Below are positions 56,646 through 64,000 of a stretch of DNA of 64,000 bases, in pieces. Both the position numbers and the translations under genes were made by a program. This DNA comes from Planctomycetota bacterium. Lineage in GTDB: Bacteria; Planctomycetota; B15-G4; SIAN01. Numbering within the stretch: the stretch's first letter is position 1; every line of letters begins with the position of its first letter. The notes under the pieces are model-generated. The model was not told the origin of the DNA, made no database searches, and saw only the letters and a program-made list of their open reading frames with translations. The stretch lies in contig JANNXA010000034.1 of the NCBI GenBank assembly GCA_031409275.1, forward strand, positions 32,001 to 96,000. The letters run 5' to 3'.

Positions 56646-57044
56646 TCACGGCGGCGGCGCGAACTCGGTCTCGCGCGGCGGGTCGAGACGGAGGTCGAAC
56701 GCCAACCACAGCGCCCGCGCGTAGCGGAAGAAATAGAGCCCGAACAGCGCGATCAGTGCGCCGATCGACACCAGCTGAACGCGCATGGGCACCTGCCAGA
56801 CGAACTGCATCAACAGGAGCAGCGGCAACGCCAGCACGATCGCGACGCCGTAGTTGATGTAGATCGAGCCGAGGAAGTAGCCCTGCTCACGCTCGAAGCG
56901 CAGTCCGCAGCTCGAACAGCGCGCGGCCATGCGAAACCACCCGGAGAAGAGGCGTCCGCCCCCGCACCACGGGCAGAGAAGCGCCAGCGCCCGTTGTCGC
57001 AGCTTCTGACCGCGGCCCGCCGCCGTGGTCGGCGTTTCGCTCAC
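56646..57044 (-). CDS. DUF983 family protein
   Basis: CPWCGGGRLF..WF...CSSCG..FERE.GYF.G; 2 TM segments; GTGA overlap. Confidence 0.85.
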   Translation of the reverse strand: MSETPTTAAGRGQKLRQRALALLCPWCGGGRLFSGWFRMAARCSSCGLRFEREQGYFLGSIYINYGVAIVLALPLLLLMQFVWQVPMRVQLVSIGALIALFGLYFFRYARALWLAFDLRLDPPRETEFAPPP

Positions 57045-59218
57045 TGCTTCGCCGACCCGTTCATTCCGAGCGCCTTGATCAGGAAGGCGTACATGTCGGC
57101 CTTCTCCTCGATCTCCATCTGCGTCGACTTGCCGGCGCCGTGGCCGGCGCGCGTCTCGATGCGGATCAAGGTCGGCGCGCTGCCGCCCTGCGCCGCCTGC
57201 AACGCCGCCGCGAACTTGAACGAGTGGGCGGGCAGCACGCGGTCGTCGTGGTCGCCGGTGAGGATCAGCGTGGCCGGGTATTTCGCGCCAATGCCCAGCG
57301 AGTGGAGCGGCGAGTAGGCGTGCAGGAAGGGGAACTGGGCCGGGTCATCCGAGCGGCCGTATTCGCTGGCCCAGGCCCAGCCGATGGTGAACTGGTGGTA
57401 GCGCAGCATGTCGAGCACGCCGACCGCCGGCACCGCCGCCGCGAACAGGTCGGGTCGCTGCGTCATGCAGGCGCCGACCAGCAGTCCGCCGTTGCTGCCG
57501 CCGTGGATCGCCAGCTTGTCGCTGCGGGTGTAGCCCTCGTCGATCAGGTGCTCGGCGACGGCGATGAAGTCGTCGAAGACGTTCTGCTTCTTGCCCAGCA
57601 TTCCGGCGGCGTGCCACTCCTCGCCGTACTCCGCACCGCCACGCAGCATCGCCTGCACGTAGATCCCGCCGAGCTCGAGCCAGGCGAGGCGATCGGTGCG
57701 AAAGCTCGGCGTGACGGCGATGTTGAAACCGCCGTAGCCGTAGAGGAGGCATGGGTTGCGGCCGTCGAGCGTGGTCTCTTTGCGGCAGGTGATGTGGATC
57801 GGGATCCTGGTGCCGTCCTTGCTGCGCGCGAACGCGAAGCGCGTTTCGTACGGCGACAGGTCGAACGGGATCTTGGGAGCGAACCACGGCGCCGCCTTGC
57901 CGGTCGTGAAGTCGTGGCGGTAGACGGTGGTGGGCGAGGTGAACGAAGTGAACGAGTAGTAGGTCTCGGTGTCGCTGTTCTTGCCGCCGAAGCCGCTGGC
58001 GGTGCCGATGCCCGGCAGCGTCAAGTCATGCGCCTCGCCGCTCTTGACGACGTGGACGCGGATGCGCGTGCTGCCGTCGTGGAGGTAGTTGAGCAGCAGT
58101 TTTCCGTTCACCAGGGTCGCGCTGCCGAGCGGATCGTCGCTGGTCGCGACCACTTCCTTCCACTGATCGCGCGCGGGTTGGTTGAAGTCGACCGCGATGA
58201 CGCGGCCGCGCGGGGCATCGAGGTCGGTGCGGAAGTAGAAGGTCGACCCGACCGCGCCGATGGTGTCGTAGCTCGCGTCGAAGTCATCGAGGAGCGGTCG
58301 CATCGATCCCTTGCCGTCGGCGAGGTCCTGCACGTAGATGCGATTGCGCCGATCGGTGCCCTGGCTCACGTTCAGCAGCAGGAAGCGGCCGTCGTCGGTG
58401 ACCCACGGGCTGAAGCCCCATTCGCGCTGATCGGGCCGCTCGTAGACCAGGCGGTCCTGCTCCTGCGTCTCGCCGAGCTTGTGGAAGAAGACCTTCTGGT
58501 CGTAGTTGGTCGCCTCGAGCTCGCTGCCGGCCTCGGGCTGCGGGTAGCGGCAGTAGTAGAAGCCCGAGCCGTCGGCCGCCCACGCGGCGCCGGCGAACTT
58601 GCTCCAGCGCACAACGTCGGCGGTGTCCTGCATCGTCTGCAGGTCGCGCACGTGCCAGGTCTTCCAGTCGGAGCCGCCGTCCGACGTCGCGTAGGCCAGC
58701 CAGCGCGCGTCGTCACTGGGCTCGAAGCTCGAGATCGAGACGGTGCCGTCTCGGCTCAGCGTGTTGGGATCGAGCACCACCAGCGGTTCCGCGTCCTTCG
58801 GCCCCTGCTTGAAGAGGACGGCCTGCGCGGTGAGGCCGGGGTTGCGCGAGAAGAACAGCGTGCCACTGCACTTGGTGATGACGATGCGTCGCTCGTAGGC
58901 GAAGAGCTCGGTGAGCCGCTTGGAGATGCGCGCGCGTTCCGGGATCGTCGTCAGGTAGCTCTCGGTCAGCGCGTTCTGCGCCGCGATCCACGCCTTCGTC
59001 TCGGGGGAGTCGACGGCTTCGAGCCAGCGATACGGGTCGGCGACCTTGGTGCCGTGGTAGTCATCGACCTGCTCGACGCTGTTCGTCTTCGGGTAGCTCA
59101 ATTTCATCGGCGGGATCGTTCCGGTCGCTTGGGGGACGCCGAGTGCGGCGTGAAACGGAACGAACAGCACGGCGCCGGCGACGACGCCGCTGCGCACGAT
59201 GGGATCGACGATCGACAT
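57041..59218 (-). CDS. Prolyl oligopeptidase (S9A)
   Basis: VADPYRWLE, LYGYGGF, RGGAEYGEEWH, GGSNGGLL, DDRV and AGHGAGK motifs. Confidence 0.95.
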   Translation of the reverse strand: MSIVDPIVRSGVVAGAVLFVPFHAALGVPQATGTIPPMKLSYPKTNSVEQVDDYHGTKVADPYRWLEAVDSPETKAWIAAQNALTESYLTTIPERARISKRLTELFAYERRIVITKCSGTLFFSRNPGLTAQAVLFKQGPKDAEPLVVLDPNTLSRDGTVSISSFEPSDDARWLAYATSDGGSDWKTWHVRDLQTMQDTADVVRWSKFAGAAWAADGSGFYYCRYPQPEAGSELEATNYDQKVFFHKLGETQEQDRLVYERPDQREWGFSPWVTDDGRFLLLNVSQGTDRRNRIYVQDLADGKGSMRPLLDDFDASYDTIGAVGSTFYFRTDLDAPRGRVIAVDFNQPARDQWKEVVATSDDPLGSATLVNGKLLLNYLHDGSTRIRVHVVKSGEAHDLTLPGIGTASGFGGKNSDTETYYSFTSFTSPTTVYRHDFTTGKAAPWFAPKIPFDLSPYETRFAFARSKDGTRIPIHITCRKETTLDGRNPCLLYGYGGFNIAVTPSFRTDRLAWLELGGIYVQAMLRGGAEYGEEWHAAGMLGKKQNVFDDFIAVAEHLIDEGYTRSDKLAIHGGSNGGLLVGACMTQRPDLFAAAVPAVGVLDMLRYHQFTIGWAWASEYGRSDDPAQFPFLHAYSPLHSLGIGAKYPATLILTGDHDDRVLPAHSFKFAAALQAAQGGSAPTLIRIETRAGHGAGKSTQMEIEEKADMYAFLIKALGMNGSAKQ

Positions 59219-59318
59219 TTCGGCTCTCCGAGCTTTCGTCAGATGGACGCTGCGAGCGCCACAGGATGACGGTGCCGGCGCGCCCGCACAAGCGCCGCCG
59301 ATCCCGCGAGATCCGGCG

Positions 59319-60821
59319 TCAAAGCGTCGCGCGGAGGTCCGCTTCGGCGGTGGCCGGCACCACGTCGAGGCGGGGGTAGCGCGCATGGTCCTGGCCCGGC
59401 ACCGCCTTCCAACGCACGCGAATCAGCGGACCGAACAGGTCCTCGACGTCGCCCTCCTCGAGCGGCGGCAGCGCGCCATCGACCACGATCGCGCGCAACT
59501 GCTCGGCGAACTCGGCCGAAGTCTCGTCAGCGACCCGCTCGAGCAACGCCGCCGTGTCGGCGTTCGCTCCGCCGCGCGCCGCAGCCACGACATCGCGCAT
59601 GAAGTCGTCGAGCGAACGCGCGCCGTCGGAGCTCGCGCGGATCTCGCGATCGAGCAGCGCCGCGACGATCGCGCCGCGTTGGTAGGGGAGGTCGCTGACG
59701 TTGCGGTCGCTCCAGAACTCCTGCGTGATGCGAGCCGCGGGTGCGTTGCGCGCAGGATTGGAGAGGAACGCCTGGAGGCAGTGGTTCCACTCTCCTTGCC
59801 AGTGGGCGATGCTCCACGTGCCGCTGCGGACCATGAGGCGGCGCGTGAAGAAGTCGGTGAATCCCTCGGAGAACCAGTATCCGAGCCCTTCGGTCTCCGT
59901 GCCGCGCACGATCTCGCCGTTCCAGTGGTGGAAGTGCTCGTGCGCCAGCAGGCCGGCGATGCGGAAGCGGTCGTCGCTTCCAGGTGCGAGCGTGAATGCG
60001 GGCGTCATGCATAGCGCGAAGCTGCGCGTCAGTCCGGTGCCGCCCAGCGAGTTGCGGTTCGCGTTGCTCGGGTCGAGCGCCAGCGTGAGCACGAAGAGAT
60101 CGTCGCCCGAGTCGGCGAAGAAGGCGCGCTCGTCGCGGATGATCTGCGTGGCGAGGTCGACGAAGTCGTCGTCGGTGAAGCGCAGCGTCCCGGTCAGCGC
60201 CATCAGCAGCTTCTTGCCGGCGAGGTCGCGTTCGTGGAGCCGCACCGCTCCGCCGATGAAGATCGAATGGCAGAAGGCGTCGAGCGTCTCCTCGACCTCG
60301 ACGTGCGGTCCGCGTCCGAACGAGCACGCGGCCCCGCGGCCGGGCGCGTCACACCCTTCGAAGTCGACGACGAAGCGGTGGCGCTCGCCGTCGGCAAGCG
60401 CGTCCGCTCGCAGCAGGCCGATGCTGCCGAGGAATCGAAACGCCTCCGCCGTCACGCACGGGCGGTAGTCGTTGCCCGTGCTTTTCGAGGGTGGCTGCGG
60501 TTCGCCGATCCACCAGGTGGCGGTCAGCGCCGCTTCGGCGGCGTGCGTGACTCGGAAGTCGTTGGCTTCGATCCGCTCGAACGCGAGCGGCTGGCCTGCC
60601 GGATCGTGGAAGGCGAGGTCGTGGAGATGGTCCACGATCGCGTCGACGCCGCCCCAATCGTCAGGTACCGAGAACGACGAGTCGCCATCGGCATCGCCGG
60701 CGACGTGGAGCTCGAACTCGACGCGCGGCGTCGGCACGACCACATGGCGAACGACGTAACGCGCGGCGGGCGCCGTTGCGGAGGTCGCGATGGGGAGAGC
60801 CAGCAGGAGCGTCGCAAGCAC
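59319..60821 (-). CDS. M61-like (glycyl aminopeptidase) zinc metallopeptidase
   Basis: Signal peptide; AHEHFHHWN, WFSEGFTDF, PYQRG, SLDDFMR; GTG start inferred. Confidence 0.8.
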   Translation of the reverse strand: MLATLLLALPIATSATAPAARYVVRHVVVPTPRVEFELHVAGDADGDSSFSVPDDWGGVDAIVDHLHDLAFHDPAGQPLAFERIEANDFRVTHAAEAALTATWWIGEPQPPSKSTGNDYRPCVTAEAFRFLGSIGLLRADALADGERHRFVVDFEGCDAPGRGAACSFGRGPHVEVEETLDAFCHSIFIGGAVRLHERDLAGKKLLMALTGTLRFTDDDFVDLATQIIRDERAFFADSGDDLFVLTLALDPSNANRNSLGGTGLTRSFALCMTPAFTLAPGSDDRFRIAGLLAHEHFHHWNGEIVRGTETEGLGYWFSEGFTDFFTRRLMVRSGTWSIAHWQGEWNHCLQAFLSNPARNAPAARITQEFWSDRNVSDLPYQRGAIVAALLDREIRASSDGARSLDDFMRDVVAAARGGANADTAALLERVADETSAEFAEQLRAIVVDGALPPLEEGDVEDLFGPLIRVRWKAVPGQDHARYPRLDVVPATAEADLRATL

Positions 60822-61072
60822 GGGAATCTCGTCGAGGGAGAGGAGTCGAATGGCGGTCCAATCGATCGGGGTGAAGAAATTGCGGGAAAGTCCTGCCGTG
60901 TCCGGAGCAGCCTCCGGGGCGGCGAGGGGCGGGAACGAGCGGTGAGGATCGTCCCGCCTTGAGCGATTGGCGCCAGCCGCCGAAGAACCATGCACGAACC
61001 TGAGCCCGGTTGCCGCATGCGATCGGGGAACTTCGAGCGGCAGACGCGAACCCTGCCGTTCCGCAAGCGAAG

Positions 61073-61115
61073 AGCGGCGCGACGCCGAACCCGTCGCGCC
61101 GCTGCTTTTGTTTTC
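61073..61115 (+). terminator. Rho-independent terminator-like hairpin with T-tract on the + strand
   Basis: Perfect 12-bp stem agcggcgcgacg-ccgaacc-cgtcgcgccgct followed by gcttttgttttc. Confidence 0.65.
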
Positions 61116-61120
61116 GGGTC

Positions 61121-62305
61121 CTACGTTGCCGCCATCGGGGCCGTTGGGCGCTTGCGGCCGAGCTGCTCGGCGAGCAGGTCGGCGATGAACGCGGCGTTGC
61201 GCCGCTGCTCATCGGCGTCGGGAGCGCCGCTCGGCCGCGCCACCGCCGGCTTCGCCAGCAGCTCGCGCAGGCCATCGGCGATCACCGCGATCGAGGGCGC
61301 TGCGGCGGCGGCCTCGGCGGACAGCCGGCGCACTCCGAAGCGCTCGGCGTGGTAGTCGACGTGGCGCGACTGCAGCGGGTGGCCCGCGATCGGCAGCGCC
61401 AGCGTCGGCAACCGCAATCCAGCGCACTCGGCCAGCAGCGAGAGCCCGCCGGTCACGACCGCCGCGTCGGCGATCGCGAGCCAGCGACAGAGTTCCGCCG
61501 GCGGTCCGGCGCGGCCATCGTCGAGCGCTAGTTCCGGCCCGGAGAAGTGGCGCACGACGAGGTCGCCGCGCTCCTTGGCGATGACATCGACCGCTGACAA
61601 CGCCGCTTCGAACTGCGGCGCTGCGTAGGCGCTGCCGGTGGCCACGACGACCAGCTTCTTCTTGCCGAGCCCGACTTCGTCGCGCAGCGTCGTGCACTCG
61701 CGAAGGTGCAGGCGTGCGAGGCCCGACACCGGGCCTGAGTAACGGAAATAGCGTCGCGACCAGACTCGTAGTTCGGGCTGCGCGAGGTAGCTCGGTTCGC
61801 CGAGGAAGAAGCGCAGCCGCGTGCTGGCGACGACGGCGCGGCGCACCATGCGGGTGGCGGCGGCGCGCGCGAGGCCGTTCTCCGCGGGCGCATCGCGGAA
61901 GTGGTCGGTCAGGAAGACGACGTCGAAGCCGCCGCGTCGCAGCACCGGCGGCGCCGCGAAGAGCGAGTCGACCACGACGAGCTCGGCGCGCAGCGCTTTC
62001 GCGGCGCGCAACGCCGCGTGCGCGTGCGCGGGCGCGAGGCGTCTCACTTCACGCTCGGCGGCGAGGGCCAGCGCGGTCGGCGTACGCTCGGCTGAGGCGA
62101 GTGCCGCCCGATCGGGCACCACCGCCGCCAGCGAGTCATCGACTGGGAAGTTGCACGCCGCGCGCAGCAGCGTCCCCGTCGCCGGGCCAGCCAGGAAATG
62201 GGGTGAAATCACCGGGAACAGCGAGTGGAGCTGCTCGGCAATGGCGAGGCTGCGCCACGCTTTGCCCGTGCCGAGCGGTTCGGTGACGAAGAGGACGTTC
62301 CTCAT
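61121..62305 (-). CDS. GT-B fold glycosyltransferase (GT28/MurG-like)
   Basis: LFVTEPLGTG..WRS, VVVDS, YSGP, VVVATGS, ADAAVVTGG...AEC..LPTL..P...H..Q. Confidence 0.7.
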   Translation of the reverse strand: MRNVLFVTEPLGTGKAWRSLAIAEQLHSLFPVISPHFLAGPATGTLLRAACNFPVDDSLAAVVPDRAALASAERTPTALALAAEREVRRLAPAHAHAALRAAKALRAELVVVDSLFAAPPVLRRGGFDVVFLTDHFRDAPAENGLARAAATRMVRRAVVASTRLRFFLGEPSYLAQPELRVWSRRYFRYSGPVSGLARLHLRECTTLRDEVGLGKKKLVVVATGSAYAAPQFEAALSAVDVIAKERGDLVVRHFSGPELALDDGRAGPPAELCRWLAIADAAVVTGGLSLLAECAGLRLPTLALPIAGHPLQSRHVDYHAERFGVRRLSAEAAAAAPSIAVIADGLRELLAKPAVARPSGAPDADEQRRNAAFIADLLAEQLGRKRPTAPMAAT

Positions 62306-62324
62306 CGTGCGCGCTGCCGGCCGT

Positions 62325-62825
62325 TCACGACGCCGTGGCTTCCGCGTCGTCGCGCACGTTTGCGGCGCGCGCGTCGAGGTGCATCGCGTCGGTGATTCCG
62401 GCGACCACGCCGACGAAGAAGCCGGAGATCCAGACCACCCCGGCGCTCTCCATCGCATGCGGATCGGCCGAAGCGGCGGTGAGCGCCGCCAGGATCGACG
62501 ACGGGAAGGAGCCGCAGACCGCGCCGATCAGCAGGCGACGCAAGAAGCGCAACCAGGTGCTCGGCGAACGTTCCGGGAAGAGGCGCAGCAACCACAGCGT
62601 GGGCGCCGTCAGCAGCGCGACGAGCGGCGCCACCAGGAACGCGCCACCCGGCGTCGTGCCGTCGCGCTTCGCCCCCTCGTTCAGCGCCCACATCACGCCG
62701 AGCGCGACGAAGCAGAAGGTCGCGAACAACCACGCGCGCAGGTAGAGGTGCCACGTCGCGCGCCGAGCGGCGACGCGGTGCGGACGCGCAGGGTCTTTCG
62801 CAGGAGTGTCGGCTGGCTCGTTCAC
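62325..62825 (-). CDS. Hypothetical membrane protein (4 TM)
   Basis: GTGA overlap with the upstream stop; four hydrophobic segments. Confidence 0.6.
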   Translation of the reverse strand: MNEPADTPAKDPARPHRVAARRATWHLYLRAWLFATFCFVALGVMWALNEGAKRDGTTPGGAFLVAPLVALLTAPTLWLLRLFPERSPSTWLRFLRRLLIGAVCGSFPSSILAALTAASADPHAMESAGVVWISGFFVGVVAGITDAMHLDARAANVRDDAEATAS

Positions 62826-63343
62826 CGGGCGTCGGAGCTTAGCGGCGCGAGCCAGTGCCGCAGCCCGTCGCCGAACTCCTGCCACGGTTCGAGTGCGCGA
62901 TCGACCGGACCGCCTTTCGCGAGCGGTCGCTCGAGACCCAGTCGCGGCATCGGCGGCAGCCAGCGCTCGATGCGAGCCCCGAGCTCGAGCGCTTCGTTCG
63001 CCAGGCTCGCGACCACCGCGTCGCCACTGGCGGGACGGTGCGGAGCGAATCGGGGAACCAGCGGCGCCAGCAGCGCGATCAGCAACACGAAGCCGGCCGC
63101 TTGCGCGAGCAGCAGGAAGCGCTGGCGGTGCGGGCCGGCGAGGAGCGTCGGTGCGGGCGACGGTTCTTCAGCGTCGCTGCGGACGGGGCCGTGGCGTCGC
63201 TCGCGCGCCAACGCCCGCTTCAGCAGCATGCGCGCCGCTGCGACCTCGGTCGGGGCGGGGCCGCGATCGCGAGCGAAGAGCGCGGCGAGGCGCGGATCGA
63301 GGTCGCCCTCGTCGCCGTCCGGCGGAAGCACTTCGCGATTCAT
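62822..63343 (-). CDS. Putative single-TM anti-sigma factor
   Basis: ATGA-coupled to the ECF sigma gene; one TM segment; function inferred from position only. Confidence 0.5.
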   Translation of the reverse strand: MNREVLPPDGDEGDLDPRLAALFARDRGPAPTEVAAARMLLKRALARERRHGPVRSDAEEPSPAPTLLAGPHRQRFLLLAQAAGFVLLIALLAPLVPRFAPHRPASGDAVVASLANEALELGARIERWLPPMPRLGLERPLAKGGPVDRALEPWQEFGDGLRHWLAPLSSDAR

Positions 63344-63927
63344 GGCATCTCCCCCGGACCGTCGCCCGTCGTGTCGAGCAGCTCCTGGCGCAGCCGCTTC
63401 ATCCCCTGGTAGTGGTTGGCGCGCGCGGCGTCCTCGCGGATCGAGAGGAGCTGCGCGATCTCGGCGAACGAGAGGCCCTGATCATGGCGCAACACCACCA
63501 CTTCGCGCTGCCTCGGCGGCAGCTTGGCGAGGGCGCGGCGCAGCGCGGCGACGTCGTCGGCGAGCTCGAGCGGATCGCCCGCGTCGGCGGCGGCGAAGAG
63601 TTCCGGCTCCAGGGCCGCGGTCGGCGCGCGCCGTGCCTGCTGGCGCCGCCGCCCGCGGCGGACCGTGATCTGCAGGAGCCAGCCGCGGAACGCCTCTGGA
63701 ACCCGAAGCTGGTGGAGCATCCGGTAGCACTGCAGGAAGACGTCCTGGAACAGGTCGGCAGCGTCGCTGGCGCCCACCAGGCGCTGGCAGAGGTGGAGCA
63801 CGGTTCGCTGGTGGCGATCGACGAGCCTTTCGAAGGCCTCCTCGTCGCCCGCCAGGAACGCGCGCACCTCGTCCGCATCGGTCGCGGAATCAGGAGGCTT
63901 GGCCGGGACGGTCATCGCGTGGATCAT
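63340..63927 (-). CDS. ECF-type RNA polymerase sigma-70 factor
   Basis: GDEEAFERLV..HQ, AADLFQDVF, FRGWL, LPPRQREVVVLR..QGLSFAEIA. Confidence 0.92.
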   Translation of the reverse strand: MIHAMTVPAKPPDSATDADEVRAFLAGDEEAFERLVDRHQRTVLHLCQRLVGASDAADLFQDVFLQCYRMLHQLRVPEAFRGWLLQITVRRGRRRQQARRAPTAALEPELFAAADAGDPLELADDVAALRRALAKLPPRQREVVVLRHDQGLSFAEIAQLLSIREDAARANHYQGMKRLRQELLDTTGDGPGEMP

Positions 63928-64000
63928 TCCTCGCCCTGGGAGTCGCGCCAGGGCGCGGTCGTGAAATCGCCGGGCGGCGATGGGAAAGGAGGGCGCAACT

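Noticed and set aside
56552..56648. In-frame TGA read-through fusing DUF983 to the downstream lipoprotein
   Set aside because: The downstream gene has its own AGGAG RBS and signal peptide; one-in-three frame coincidence.
60885..61030. TPP riboswitch (gaacctga) or RNase P RNA (ggaaagtcc)
   Set aside because: Only short partial matches; the CUGAGA and UAAU elements of TPP and the 3' P4 strand of RNase P are missing.
1..64000. Genome-wide UGA reassignment (Trp/Gly) as the explanation for the two in-frame TGAs
   Set aside because: Most genes end at TGA exactly where the family ends, often in (A/G)TGA overlaps, and Trp is encoded by TGG. UGA is a normal stop here.
1..64000. Many long overlapping or antisense ORFs (e.g. 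22923-25682, 52620-55721, 44611-47148, 57140-59269)
   Set aside because: Shadow frames expected in very high-GC DNA: Arg/Ala/Pro-rich, no motifs, and opposite well-supported genes.

Overview
A 64-kb, very GC-rich, gene-dense bacterial window with about 46 supportable CDS. It is most likely Planctomycetota, inferred from two PSCyt/DUF1549-DUF1553 genes, two DUF1501 genes, DUF1080 proteins and FG-GAP/ASPIC proteins. Most genes encode secreted, lipoprotein or membrane hydrolases, c-type cytochromes and glycosyltransferases. Housekeeping-type genes include trmL, sthA, pirin, a prolyl oligopeptidase and an ECF sigma factor. No rRNA, tRNA, CRISPR array or transposase was recognised. The main result is two genes that the ORF track splits or truncates at an in-frame TGA, each followed by a SECIS-like hairpin, so both are probable exported selenoproteins. 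(1) 33983-31095 (-): a lipoprotein with FG-GAP repeats, the segment KDT-U-STYWRHVV, an ASPIC/UnbV domain and a TlpA-like CxxC thioredoxin. (2) 46998-48266 (+): a signal peptide, a thioredoxin-like C-x-x-U-x-x-C motif, a CxxCH motif and PDZ-like domains. Nearby are a membrane/pentaheme/TPR gene paired with an FG-GAP/ASPIC gene, a second pentaheme lipoprotein, a porin and sthA, which suggests an extracytoplasmic selenium/thiol-heme redox system (inference). Non-coding findings: two diverged 167-bp palindromic MITE-like elements with compensatory changes, switch-like leaders before the selenoprotein and porin genes, sigma54-like promoters, and an orphan + strand terminator that may end an ncRNA. 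All product calls come from motif recognition by eye; no database searches were run.
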